Source: Polaromonas sp.
GTDB lineage: Bacteria; Pseudomonadota; Gammaproteobacteria; Burkholderiales; Burkholderiaceae_C
NCBI RefSeq assembly: GCF_035638815.1
Contig: NZ_DASQZG010000005.1
Location: 11,613-75,612, forward strand
DNA: 64,000 nucleotides
Reading direction: 5' to 3'
Shown here: in pieces, positions 47,360 through 57,600 of the stretch
Numbering within the stretch: position 1 is the first letter of the stretch
Layout of the letters: every line of letters starts with the position of its first letter
The notes under the pieces: model-generated
Seen by the model: the letters and a program-made list of their open reading frames with translations, nothing else
What the model was told of the DNA's origin: nothing
The model's database searches: none
Position numbers and translations under genes: made by a program

Positions 47360-49727
47360 ATGTTGAACCTCTCCGAATACCGCAAGCGCCCGGCGCTGCT
47401 GGCCGACTGGCTGCCTTGGGCCGGACCTGGACAGCGCGACCCAGGGCGAACTGGTCGCTACGTCGGCTCGCCTCAACAACGCGCTGCGGCGTCTGGGCTC
47501 CGGTTGGGCGCTGTTCGTGGACGCCGAGCGGCGCGAAGCGGCCGACTACCCAGAATCGGCTTTTCCCGAACCCTTGTCTTGGCTGGTCGACGAAGAGCGT
47601 CGCGCCGCTTTTGAGGAGGACGCCAGCCACTTCGAAAGCAGCTATCACCTGACGCTGCTGTACCTGCCGCCCGAGGAGTCGACGGCACGCGCCGCCCGGC
47701 TGCTCTACGAGAACCATCATTCCCAAGGCGTTGATTGGCGCGAGCGGCTGGAAGCCTTCGTATCCGAGACAGAACGCCTCTTCGGTTTGCTCGACGGCGT
47801 GATGCCGGAGATTTCGTGGCTCGACGATGCGCAGACCCTGACCTACCTGCACGCCTGCGTCTCCACGCGCCGGCATGCGATGGCCGTACCCGAGATCCCC
47901 ATGCACCTGGACGCGCTGCTGGCCGATCAGCCGCTGGTGGGCGGTCTGGCGCCGATGCTGGGGAATCAGCACCTGCGGGTGCTGTCGATCCGCGGCTTTC
48001 CGACCTCGACCTGGCCGGGCCTGCTGGACGATCTGAACCGTCTGGGCTTCGCCTACCGCTGGAGTACGCGCTTCCTGTGCCTTGAGAAGGCCGAGGCGGA
48101 GAAGGAGTTGCGCCGCCTGCGCCGCCAGTGGTTCGCCAAGCGCAAGAACATCGTCGCGCTGCTGCGCGAGACCATTTTCCAGCAGGAGAGCCCGCTGGTG
48201 GACTCGGATGCGTCGAACAAGGCATCAGACGCCGACGCAGCCCTGCAGGAGCTGGGCAGCGACCAGGTGGCTTTCGGCTACGTCACGGCGACCGTGACGG
48301 TGCTCGACGCCGACGCGGCGGCGGCCGACGAGAAGCTGCGTGCCGTGGAGCGAGCTATCCAGGGTCGCGGCTTCGTCACCATTCCCGAGACCTTGAATGC
48401 GGTTGACGCATGGCTGTCCTCAGTGCCGGGCCACGCCTATGCCAATGTCCGGCAGCCGATCGTTTCGACGCTGAATCTGGCGCACATGATGCCGGTGTCG
48501 GCAGTGTGGGCAGGGCCGGAGCGCAATGCGCATCTGGATGGCCCGCCCCTGATCGTCACTCGCACCGATGGTGCGACGCCGTTTCGGCTGGTCACGCATG
48601 TCGGCGATGTGGGACACACGCTGGTCGTGGGTCCGACCGGCATGGGCAAGTCGGTGCTACTCGCGACGCTGGCGATGCAGTTCCGCCGCTACCCGGACTC
48701 GCGCATTTTTGCTTTCGATATGGGCCGGTCGATGCGCGCCACAATTCTCGGGCTCGGCGGAGAGCACTATGACCTGGGCACCGACGGCGCCATTGCATTC
48801 CAGCCTTTAGCCCGCATCGACCAGCACGGCTACCGCGCCTGGGCGGCCGAGTGGATCGAAGGCCGGCTGCTTCAGGAAGGCGTGGCCGTAGACCCGCCTG
48901 ATAAAGACGCCGTCTGGTCCGCACTCAACAGCCTGGCCAGCGCGCCGGTCGAACAGCGCACCATGACCGGGCTGTCGGTGCTACTGCAGTCCAACGCCCT
49001 GCGTCAGGCCCTGCAGCCCTACGTTCTGGGTGGCGCCTACGGCAAGCTGCTTGATGCCGACACCGATCGGCTCGGTGCTGCATCTGTGCAGGGCTTCGAG
49101 ATGGAAGAGCTGATGCACAGCAAATCGGCTGTGCTGGCAGTGCTCGGCTACCTGTTTGCCCGCCTCGACGAGCGCTTCGACGGGGCGCCTACCTTGCTGA
49201 TCCTGGACGAGGCCTGGCTGTTCCTGGATGACCCCGTGTTCGCCTCGCGCATCCGCCAGTGGCTCAAGACGCTGCGCAAAAAGAACGCCTCGGTGATCTT
49301 CTCCACACAGTCGCTCGCAGATATCAAGGATTCGACCATCGCGCCGGCCATCGTGGAAAGCTGCGCGAGCCGCATCTTCCTGCCAAATCCGCAAGCGACC
49401 GAGCCGCAGATTCGCGTGATCTACGAAGGCTTCGGACTCAACAGCCGGCAGATCGAGATCGTCGCGACTGCGCAACCCAAGCGGGACTACTACTACCAGT
49501 CGCGGCTGGGCAACCGCGTCTTCGACCTCGGGCTCGGGTCGGTTGCGCTGGCCTTCGCCGGCGCGTCCTCGCCCGAAGACCAACGAGCCATGGACGCCGT
49601 GTCCGCTGGCATCACCTCCTCGGACTTCGCAGCAGCCTGGTTGCGCCATCGGAGCCTCGATTGGGCCGCCGGCCTCATCTCCTCGTTTCCGCCTATTCCT
49701 TCGTCACCTCAGGAGAACTCACCATGA
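47360..49727 (+). pseudogene. trbE: TrbE (VirB4 ATPase) with an apparent N-terminal ~70-nt deletion and +1 frameshift near 47418-47426
   Basis: MLNLSEYRKRPALLADWLPWAG runs in one frame from ATG 47360. GPDLDSATQGELVATSARLNNALRRLGSGWALFVDAERR and the remaining ~765 codons lie in the +1 frame. The conserved LVAPGVVLNKDGSFQRT.RFR block is missing. Confidence 0.7.
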
Positions 49728-50452
49728 AGAAGCACCTTCTTGCCGCCTTTGCGGCGTCGCTCATTGCGCTTGCGCCAGCCGCTCAGGCGCAGTGGGTCGT
49801 GATCGACCCGACCAATTTGGCGCAGAACATCATGACAGCCGCCAACACCCTTGAGCAGATCAACAACCAGATCAAGCAACTTCAGAACCAGGCGCAGTCG
49901 CTGACGAACCAGGCGCGCAATCTCGCAAGCCTGGATTTCAGCGCGTTGGGTGAGCTGCGGGCCGCCTTGTCGGCGACAGCCCAGTTGATCCAGCAGGGCC
50001 AGGGTCTGGCCTTCAATGTCACTCAGATGGAATCGGATTTCCGGCGGCTTTATCCCGAGTCGTACACGGCGGCAATCTCGGGTACGCAGATGGGGGCCGA
50101 TGCGCGCACGCGCTGGACCCATTCGCTCGAAGCACTGCGCACCGCGACCAAGGTGCAATCGCAGGCGGTGCAGAACTTCACGTCGGACGAGCGGACCTTG
50201 ACTGACCTGGTGAACCGCAGCCAGTCGGCCACAGGCGCATTGCAGGCGATGCAGGCGACGAACCAGCTGCTAGCCCTGCAGTCGCGCCAGGCGATGCAGG
50301 CCCAGCAACTGCAAATCACGCAAGACCGTGCGGCGGCGCTGGAGCAGGCCCGGCAGGTCGCGGTGCAGGAGCGCGCGCGCGAGGTGCGTCGGCGCTTCCA
50401 GGGCGATGGCACGCCGTACACGCCTTACACGGTCAACTTCTACGGCAACTGA
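49724..50452 (+). CDS. trbJ: TrbJ (VirB5-like)
   Basis: ATGA overlap. Signal peptide, then QWVVIDPTNLAQNI. Confidence 0.85.
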   Translation: MKKHLLAAFAASLIALAPAAQAQWVVIDPTNLAQNIMTAANTLEQINNQIKQLQNQAQSLTNQARNLASLDFSALGELRAALSATAQLIQQGQGLAFNVTQMESDFRRLYPESYTAAISGTQMGADARTRWTHSLEALRTATKVQSQAVQNFTSDERTLTDLVNRSQSATGALQAMQATNQLLALQSRQAMQAQQLQITQDRAAALEQARQVAVQERAREVRRRFQGDGTPYTPYTVNFYGN

Positions 50453-50463
50453 GGGGAGCGACC

Positions 50464-50745
50464 ATGAAACAGCCTCTAAGCATGATCCTGGCCGCAGTCG
50501 CAGCCATGTTGCTGGCCGCCTGCGGCAAGCCCGCGCCTATTGAGTCCGTCGAGTCGCTGGTGGCCAATCCCGAGCGCCTGAAGGAACTGCGCGCGCAATG
50601 CAAGGCCGACCACGCAAAGGTCGGTGACGACCAGTGCAATGCCGTGGCCGAGGCCACGCGCCGGCGCTTCTTCCGAAGCGGCGGGCCGAAACACACACCG
50701 GAAGCGCTGGCACCCGCGGCTTCGGCACCAGCGCCCAAGGACTGA
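50464..50745 (+). CDS. entry-exclusion-type lipoprotein (TrbK-like)
   Basis: Lipobox LLAAC. Position between trbJ and trbL. Confidence 0.65.
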   Translation: MKQPLSMILAAVAAMLLAACGKPAPIESVESLVANPERLKELRAQCKADHAKVGDDQCNAVAEATRRRFFRSGGPKHTPEALAPAASAPAPKD

Positions 50746-50748
50746 GCA

Positions 50749-52116
50749 ATGAATGATCTGTCGGTCATCGATCGCTTCCTTGACGTCTTCTCGCGCTACA
50801 TCGATTCCGGGTTCGGTCTGCTGGGCGGAGAGGTGGGGTTTCTGACCGCCACGCTTGTCGTGATCGACATGACGCTGGCAGGCCTCTTCTGGGCGATGAG
50901 TAATGCCAGCGGCGGCGGTGGCGACGATGTCATCGGCAAGCTGATCAAGAAGGTGCTGTATGTCGGCGCCTTCGCCTTCATCCTGAACAACTTCAACAGC
51001 CTCTCTAGCATCGTGTTCCGATCCTTCGCCGGGCTCGGCCTGGTGGCGTCCGGTTCGTCGATGACCCAGGGCGAACTGCTGCAACCCGGTCGACTGGCGC
51101 GCGTAGGCGTGGAGGCAGGCGCGCCGATCATGAAGCAGATCAGCGACCTGACGGGCTTTCCAGAGGTGTTCGCCAACCTCGATGTCATCACCGTGCTGTT
51201 CCTGGCGTGGCTGGTGCTGATCGTGAGCTTCTTCGTGCTCGCGGTCCAGCTTTTCGTCACGCTGATCGAGTTCAAGCTCACCACGCTCGCGGGTTTTGTG
51301 CTGGTGCCGTTTGCGTTGTGGAACAAGACCGCCTTTCTGGCCGAACGGGTGCTGGGCAACGTGGTGTCTTCGGGCATCAAGGTGCTGGTACTGGCCGTGA
51401 TTGTCGGAATCGGCACGGGCCTGTTCGCCGAGTTCACGGTGCCGCCGGGTACCGAGCCGTCCATCGACCACGCGCTGGTCATCATGCTGGCCGCGCTGGC
51501 GATGCTGGGTTTGGGGATTTTCGGGCCGGGCATTGCCACCGGGCTCGTGTCTGGTGCGCCGCAGCTTGGCGCCGGAGCGGCAGCGGGGACGGCATTGGGT
51601 GCCGCGGGTCTGGCCGTCGCTGGCGGCGCGGCCGTGGCGGGAGCCGGTTCGGCGGTGGCTGCAGGGGCTCGCATGGCGCCGGGTGCTGCGCGTGCTGCCA
51701 TCGGCGGGGGCGCCGCCGCAGCACGGTCCGCCAGTTCAATGGCCAGCGGCGCGAAGTCGGCCTATCAGGCCGGCGCCGCCGCATCGGGCAGCGGTGGCGT
51801 GCGTGCAGCCGGCGCCGGCTTGACCAACGTCGCGCGCAGCGGTGCCAGCACCGTCGGCCAGCGTGTGGCGTCCGGTGCGAAGGCGGTCAAGGACGGTGTG
51901 GGGAGCTTTGTCGCCGATGCCGCTGCACCCGCCTCAGCCAAGTCGACGGACGCAAGCGAATCGAGCAGGCCAGCGACTGAGCCCGCATGGGCCAAGCAGA
52001 TGCGCCGTAAGCAGCAGATAACGCACGCGGTCACAACGTCCGCCCACGCATTGCGCTCCGGCGATGCCGGCGGCAGTGGCGCCAGCCCGAGCTTGCGCGA
52101 TGACTCAAATTCTTAG
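50749..52116 (+). CDS. trbL: TrbL (VirB6-like) with Ala/Gly-rich C-terminus
   Basis: Multiple TM helices; conserved position. Confidence 0.85.
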   Translation: MNDLSVIDRFLDVFSRYIDSGFGLLGGEVGFLTATLVVIDMTLAGLFWAMSNASGGGGDDVIGKLIKKVLYVGAFAFILNNFNSLSSIVFRSFAGLGLVASGSSMTQGELLQPGRLARVGVEAGAPIMKQISDLTGFPEVFANLDVITVLFLAWLVLIVSFFVLAVQLFVTLIEFKLTTLAGFVLVPFALWNKTAFLAERVLGNVVSSGIKVLVLAVIVGIGTGLFAEFTVPPGTEPSIDHALVIMLAALAMLGLGIFGPGIATGLVSGAPQLGAGAAAGTALGAAGLAVAGGAAVAGAGSAVAAGARMAPGAARAAIGGGAAAARSASSMASGAKSAYQAGAAASGSGGVRAAGAGLTNVARSGASTVGQRVASGAKAVKDGVGSFVADAAAPASAKSTDASESSRPATEPAWAKQMRRKQQITHAVTTSAHALRSGDAGGSGASPSLRDDSNS

Positions 52117-52125
52117 GAGATCCAG

Positions 52126-52839
52126 ATGATGTTCAAACGTCCCCAGGTGCGGTACTCGGCGACGCCCGAGCCCGTCACTCCCTACCAGGCCGCTGCGCAG
52201 GTCTGGGACCAGCGAATCGGCAGCGCACGCGTACAGGCCAAGAACTGGCGGCTGATGGCTTTCGGTTGCCTGTCCCTCGCGCTGCTGATGGGCGGCGGTC
52301 TCGTGTGGCGTTCGGCCCAGTCCATCGTGACGCCTTTCGTCGTCGAGGTGGACAACGCCGGCCAGGTGCGCGCTGTCGGCGAAGCCGCCTCGCCCTACAA
52401 GCCCAATGACGCCCAGATCGCGCACCACCTGGCGCGCTTTATCACTGACGTGCGTTCCCTGTCCATCGACCCGATCGTGGTGCGGCAGAACTGGCTTGAG
52501 GCCTATGAGTACACGACGGACCGTGGCGCCGCGACGCTGAACGATTACGCGCGAGCGAACGATCCGTTCTCGCGCATTGGGCAGAGCTCGGTGGCCGTCG
52601 AGGTCACGAACGTGGTGCGGGCCAGTGACACGTCGTTCCAGGTGCGCTGGATTGAACGCAGCTATGCGAATGGCGCGCCTTCCGGCATGGAGCGCTGGAC
52701 AGCCGTTCTGTCCGTGGTGCTGCAGCCGCCGCGCACCGAACAGCGCCTGCGCAAGAACCCACTCGGGATTTACGTCAACGGCCTGTCCTGGAGCCGTGAG
52801 CTCGAAGCCACCGATGCAATGAAAGGAACAAAGCCATGA
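52126..52839 (+). CDS. trbF: TrbF (VirB8-like)
   Basis: TPYQAAAQVWDQRIGSARVQAKNWR; single TM. Confidence 0.85.
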   Translation: MMFKRPQVRYSATPEPVTPYQAAAQVWDQRIGSARVQAKNWRLMAFGCLSLALLMGGGLVWRSAQSIVTPFVVEVDNAGQVRAVGEAASPYKPNDAQIAHHLARFITDVRSLSIDPIVVRQNWLEAYEYTTDRGAATLNDYARANDPFSRIGQSSVAVEVTNVVRASDTSFQVRWIERSYANGAPSGMERWTAVLSVVLQPPRTEQRLRKNPLGIYVNGLSWSRELEATDAMKGTKP

Positions 52840-53846
52840 ATACTCATCTCCGTGAATCCGTACTGCCGCTGATCTTGCTGGTCCTCGCTGGTTGCGCCAC
52901 GCGGGGCAAGCCGCCGCCGACGATCTCTCTGGACGAACCCGTTGCCGTCGCTGCGCATCAACTGCCGGATCCACCCAAGCCCATCGAGGTGGTTGAGGTT
53001 CCAAAGCCCTTGCCGCTGCCCGACCAGATGAAGGCGCTGCCGAGCGAGTCCGATGCGAAGTTAGCACCGGAACCCGTAGATGAAAAAGTCCGCGTTGCCC
53101 GTGCGAACATGGAGGCCCGGATCGCGCCCTCACGTGAGGGCTATGTCAACGCGATCCAGGTCTGGCCCTACGCCGATGGCGCGCTCTATCAGGTGTATGC
53201 CAGCCCTGGACGTGTGACCGTCATAGCCTTGCAGCAGGGCGAAGAGCTGGTAACGGTGTCGGCCGGGGACACGGTGCGCTGGGTCGTCGGCGATACGGCC
53301 AGCGGAGCCGGTGCGACGCTGCGCGTGAATATCCTGATCAAACCCACACGCATTGGCTTGAAGACCAACCTGGTGGTGACAACGAATCGTCGCACTTACT
53401 TGCTCGAACTCTCATCGACGCCGCAGGCCTGGATGGCTTCGGTGTCCTGGGACTACCCGAAGGACCGGATGTTGGCCCTGCAGAAGCAGGCGCAGCAGGC
53501 CCAGGCCAGCGCGCCAGTGGAAACTGGCATGACGCTGGAGCAGATCAAATTTCGCTACGTCGTCAGTGGTGACAACCCGCCTTGGAAGCCCTTGCGCGCC
53601 TTCGACGATGGTGAGCGTGTCTACATCCAGTTTCCCGGCGGCATCTCGCAGGGTGAGTTGCCGCCGTTGTTCGTGATCGGTGCGCGAGGCGATGGGCAAC
53701 TGGTGAACTACCGTTTCCGCTCGCCGTACTACGTGGTGGACCGGCTGTTCGGCGCGGCTGAGTTGCGGCTGGGTGGTGACAAGGCGCAGGTGGTGCGCAT
53801 CGAGCGCACCGACGGTGTGAGCTCCGGAGCCACGCGGAGGAACTGA
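52836..53846 (+). CDS. trbG: TrbG (VirB9-like)
   Basis: ATGA overlap. Lipoprotein-type signal (LAGC); conserved position. Confidence 0.85.
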   Translation: MNTHLRESVLPLILLVLAGCATRGKPPPTISLDEPVAVAAHQLPDPPKPIEVVEVPKPLPLPDQMKALPSESDAKLAPEPVDEKVRVARANMEARIAPSREGYVNAIQVWPYADGALYQVYASPGRVTVIALQQGEELVTVSAGDTVRWVVGDTASGAGATLRVNILIKPTRIGLKTNLVVTTNRRTYLLELSSTPQAWMASVSWDYPKDRMLALQKQAQQAQASAPVETGMTLEQIKFRYVVSGDNPPWKPLRAFDDGERVYIQFPGGISQGELPPLFVIGARGDGQLVNYRFRSPYYVVDRLFGAAELRLGGDKAQVVRIERTDGVSSGATRRN

Positions 53847-53848
53847 GT

Positions 53849-55129
53849 ATGAACACATCCCCCGATGCAGCGCCAGCCGCGGCGCCGAAAGTAGATCCTG
53901 AATCCGTGGCCTTACGCGCTTCGCCGCGCCCCGTCACGCGCCTGAATCGCCGCATGCTTGCGCTCGGCGCCGGCGCCCTGGCCGCTATCGTACTTGGCGG
54001 CACCCTGTGGTCGCTGCAGTCGAACAAGCGCCAGCGCAATCCAGCCACCGAGCTGTACAACGTTGATCGGGTCTCGCGAGCTGAAAACCTGGACCAGCTG
54101 CCCAAGGACTATGCCGGGATTCCACCAGCCGTGAAGCAGGGGCCGCCCGTGCTGGGCGAGCCGCTGCCCGGAGACTTGGGGCCCGCCATCGTCAAGGCGC
54201 AGCAGCCGATGGAGATGCGGCCTCCGGGTGGCGGCGTCGATCCTGCGCAAGCCGAGCGACTGGCATCCGAAGAGGCTGCGAGGTCTTCGGTGTTCTTCCG
54301 AAGCGGTGCAAGCAGCGGAGGACCGAAGCCGAGCGCCGCGCATGCCGTCGTCGATCCTCCGGCATTGGCTTCAGGCAATCAGCCGTTCAATCCGATGGGG
54401 TCCACTGCTCCCGCAGCGCAGCCCGTCGATCCTACGGCGGTGCAGAATCGGCAGGATCAGAAGGAATCGTTCATCGCGAAGGCAGGCGACACATCGGCGC
54501 GCAATCCTGGCGGTTTGCAACTGCCCGCGTCGCCCTACCAGGTGATGGCGGGCACGATTATCCCGGCGGCGCTGGTGACAGGGATCAACTCTGACCTGCC
54601 TGGGCAAGTCATCGCAAACGTGTCGGAGGCGGTCTACGACACCGCCACGGGTCGCCATCTGCTGATTCCACAGGGCTCGCGCCTGATCGGCCGCTACGAC
54701 AGCCAGGTGGCCTTCGGCCAGCGGCGAGTGCTGCTGGTGTGGACGCGGTTGATCCTGCCCGACACTTCGTCCGTGGCGCTCTACCGCTTGCCGGGCATCG
54801 ACCCTGCCGGCTACGCCGGCCTCGAAGATGGCGTCGACTGGCACTGGGACCGCATCCTGGCCGGCGCTGCTTTGTCTACGCTGTTGGGCATCGGGGCCGA
54901 GCTGGCGGCACCGGAGAGCCGCACCGATGGCAACCGCATCGTCATTGCTGGGCGCGAGAGCGCGCAGGACACGGTGAACCTGGTCGGGCAGGAGATCACG
55001 AAGCGCAACATGAGCATCCAGCCGACGCTGACGATCCGGCCGGGCTTCCCGATGCGGGTGATGGTCAGCAAGGACCTGGTGTTGCGGCCTTATCAGCCTC
55101 TGTTTTTCCAGCGAGGATCGTCGCAATGA
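53849..55129 (+). CDS. trbI: TrbI (VirB10-like)
   Basis: Pro-rich N-terminal half; C-terminal IPQGSRLIGRYDSQVAFGQRRVLLVWTRLILPD. Confidence 0.85.
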   Translation: MNTSPDAAPAAAPKVDPESVALRASPRPVTRLNRRMLALGAGALAAIVLGGTLWSLQSNKRQRNPATELYNVDRVSRAENLDQLPKDYAGIPPAVKQGPPVLGEPLPGDLGPAIVKAQQPMEMRPPGGGVDPAQAERLASEEAARSSVFFRSGASSGGPKPSAAHAVVDPPALASGNQPFNPMGSTAPAAQPVDPTAVQNRQDQKESFIAKAGDTSARNPGGLQLPASPYQVMAGTIIPAALVTGINSDLPGQVIANVSEAVYDTATGRHLLIPQGSRLIGRYDSQVAFGQRRVLLVWTRLILPDTSSVALYRLPGIDPAGYAGLEDGVDWHWDRILAGAALSTLLGIGAELAAPESRTDGNRIVIAGRESAQDTVNLVGQEITKRNMSIQPTLTIRPGFPMRVMVSKDLVLRPYQPLFFQRGSSQ

Positions 55130-55383
55130 GCACGAACAAGCTGCGGCTGGGACCTTTGCCAAAGGCTGAGAGCGTCAAGCTTACGGTGACCCTGCCGGGC
55201 GAATTGAAGCAACGCCTCGAGCGGTACGCGCAATTGCACAGCCAGGCGCATGGCGAACCGGTCGATGCGGTTGCACTGATTCCGCACATGCTGGATGCGT
55301 TCATTGCGCGTGACCGGGAGTTCCTGAAGCGCAGCCGCAAGAACGACGCGTTGTCTGCCCTGCCGCCTAAGCCAAGCCTTTGA
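55126..55383 (+). CDS. DUF2274 protein
   Basis: ATGA overlap with trbI. LRLGPLPKAESVKLTVTLPGELK pattern. Confidence 0.75.
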   Translation: MSTNKLRLGPLPKAESVKLTVTLPGELKQRLERYAQLHSQAHGEPVDAVALIPHMLDAFIARDREFLKRSRKNDALSALPPKPSL

Positions 55384-56334
55384 ATGCTTCGGCGATCGGC
55401 TCTCGATACCGGCTGTGCTACCGTCCTTGTCATGAAGAAAGCTGGTGTGAAGGCCTCTGAGGCGGCCGCGTTGCTGGACAGGATCAAGATCCTTGCAGTT
55501 CAGGCGATGTTTTCGGACGATGAGCTGCTGGAGCAACTGGTTCTTAAGGGCGGCAACGCCATGGCCCTGGTGCATCAAGTCAGCGCCCGCGCCTCAGTTG
55601 ACCTGGACTTTTCGTTGAAGCAGGACTTCGGTCATGACGTCGCAGATGCTGAAGCTCGTATCCACAAGGCTTTGACCGAGACGTTTCGCGCAAGTGGGCA
55701 CGAGGTATTTGACTTCCGCATGATCGAGAAGCCGCGGGCAATTTCAGAGGACATGCGCCATTTTTGGGGCGGCTACGACGTCGAATTCAAGCTGGCAAGT
55801 GCCGAGGTGTTCGCGGAGCATCGCGACGACGTGGAGGTCTTGCGCCGGCGTGCAGTGAACCTCGGGCTGGGCACCAAGTTCCTGATTGACATCAGCCGCT
55901 TCGAGTATGTCGACGACAAGCAGCCAGTCGACTTCGAGGGCTACATGATCTACGTGTACTCGCCCGTCATGATCGTGTGTGAGAAGCTCCGGGCGATCTG
56001 CCAACAGATGCCTGAATACGGTCCCATCATCAAGCGGGATCGCGCTGGCAGCGCTCGCCCGCGAGACTTCGTTGACATCTTTGTGCTGATGGATACGCTG
56101 AAGCTGGACCTGACGACGGACAAGACGGTCCAGATCTTGAAGTCGATGTTCGAGGTCAAGAAGGTGCCACTGGCATTCTTGGGCAAAGTGCCGGAGGTGT
56201 ACGAGTTCCACCGGGCCGGCTTCGCCGCGGTGGAGGCAACTGTCACGCCAGGGTTCGATCTCAAGGAGTTTCGCTTCTACTTTGACTATGTGTTGGCCCT
56301 GATCGACAAACTAAAACCCGCTTGGGATGTGTAG
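55384..56334 (+). CDS. AbiEii/AbiGii-family nucleotidyltransferase toxin
   Basis: LVLKGGNAMALVH...SVDLDFS NTase motif. Alternative start ATG 55432. Confidence 0.75.
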   Translation: MLRRSALDTGCATVLVMKKAGVKASEAAALLDRIKILAVQAMFSDDELLEQLVLKGGNAMALVHQVSARASVDLDFSLKQDFGHDVADAEARIHKALTETFRASGHEVFDFRMIEKPRAISEDMRHFWGGYDVEFKLASAEVFAEHRDDVEVLRRRAVNLGLGTKFLIDISRFEYVDDKQPVDFEGYMIYVYSPVMIVCEKLRAICQQMPEYGPIIKRDRAGSARPRDFVDIFVLMDTLKLDLTTDKTVQILKSMFEVKKVPLAFLGKVPEVYEFHRAGFAAVEATVTPGFDLKEFRFYFDYVLALIDKLKPAWDV

Positions 56335-57201
56335 TCGCCAATCGCTGTCGTAGCGCGTATCGTTCATCTCGTGCGTCAGATAAAAGTCTTGCTCCTGGGG
56401 CAGGCGCCGCACCAGGTCGAGCTGGCTAGGCTTGTAGTCCGCGCGCTGCAGGTAATAGCCGACGGCCTGGTGGTAGGGATAGACAAAACTCAACTTGTGC
56501 AGCATCGCCACCAGCTTGTTGATGGACACGCGCTCCTTTGCCAGCTCGTACGCTTTTGCCACCTCAAAGACGCCGCCCGCATAGACCGGCCGCACTGTGA
56601 TGTCGATCAAGGTGCGTTCTAGATTCGTCAGTCGGGCTTGGACCTCGGCCCCGCTTTCGTCTGTCATCAGTTCGGTGACGACGCCCAGGTGGCCGGTGTC
56701 GGCGCCGTTCAGCAAGTAGATCTTCTTGTCGTCGTATTCCACCCAGTTACTTGAGGCGCGTGCCGGCTTCTTGAAGGCGTTGTCAATATCTGCCTGGCTG
56801 ATCTTGCTGTCGCGTTCGCTTGCATTCGAGGCGGTTCGTTCGTCCGTGAGATAGATGGACTTGGGTGACTGCTCGGTCAGCCCGTGTGCGCGCATCGCCG
56901 TGTAGTGGCTGAAGTGCAGGTCTTTTTTCAAACCAAGCAAGATGGCGAGCAAAGGGGCCTGGTCCCAGACGTAGCACTTCTCAGCCCGCTGAGGGAAGCG
57001 AAACTCATACTGTTTGAGCTTCGAATGCTTCTCCAGAAATTCGATAAATTGTTCAGCAGTTGTGTTTTGTGCGAGGCGCCAGAAATCCCGCTGTTCCGCG
57101 AGGATTGCGTAAATCTCTTTCGGCTTCAGGACATGGTCGGGAAGCGCGTCAAAGTGTCGAACGATGTCCGGCTTTGCGATCTGGATTCGAGTGCGATTCA
57201 T
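56311..57201 (-). CDS. AbiEi-like (COG5340-type) antitoxin/transcriptional regulator
   Basis: LHFSHYTAMRAHGLTEQSP and overall length resemble AbiEi. Convergent with the AbiEii gene, overlapping it by 24 nt. Confidence 0.55.
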   Translation of the reverse strand: MNRTRIQIAKPDIVRHFDALPDHVLKPKEIYAILAEQRDFWRLAQNTTAEQFIEFLEKHSKLKQYEFRFPQRAEKCYVWDQAPLLAILLGLKKDLHFSHYTAMRAHGLTEQSPKSIYLTDERTASNASERDSKISQADIDNAFKKPARASSNWVEYDDKKIYLLNGADTGHLGVVTELMTDESGAEVQARLTNLERTLIDITVRPVYAGGVFEVAKAYELAKERVSINKLVAMLHKLSFVYPYHQAVGYYLQRADYKPSQLDLVRRLPQEQDFYLTHEMNDTRYDSDWRLHIPSGF

Positions 57202-57237
57202 CCGAGGGGGTGAGCCCGCGAATCGATGTGATCGGCG

Positions 57238-57553
57238 TACTTAGCAGCATGCATGCTGCTAAGTATGCCATTGACGAAGCAAGGCTACAAGGCATTTACC
57301 TCGAAGTCCATAGGGGGAATGAGCTGTTGCAGCGCTGTGCTGTGCAGCGTTCACGCTGCACAGCATAACATTGGCATCATGGCGAGTCAATCGCATCTTC
57401 GCCAAGGAGCCAGGTTGAAGCGCTGTTTACAGGGGGGCTCGCTGACTGCTAGGCTGGGGCATATATGCCCCAGCCTAGCAGTCAAGCCATAGCCCTGCGC
57501 TTGCAATTTCTCTCTGGAGTGGTTATGCTGTGGAGCGCATGCGCTCCACAGCA
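57238..57553. repeat. cluster of four unrelated perfect palindromes/hairpins
   Basis: 57238-57265: 28-nt palindrome tacttagcagcatgcatgctgctaagta. 57338-57365: 12-bp stem tgctgtgcagcg/cgctgcacagca with loop ttca. 57443-57484: 42-nt perfect palindrome centred on atat. 57526-57553: 28-nt palindrome tgctgtggagcgcatgcgctccacagca. Confidence 0.9.
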
Positions 57554-57600
57554 CCGTGCATCACTTGCGCATACGGCCCAACAGATCTCGGGAGATAGTC

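Noticed and set aside
45879-53133. Multiple long minus-strand ORFs across the trb operon (for example 45879-46673, 47058-47972, 47473-48225, 50476-51471, 50796-51701, 52105-53133)
   Set aside because: All are antisense to recognisable Trb proteins and lack motifs. They are shadow ORFs of high-GC coding sequence.
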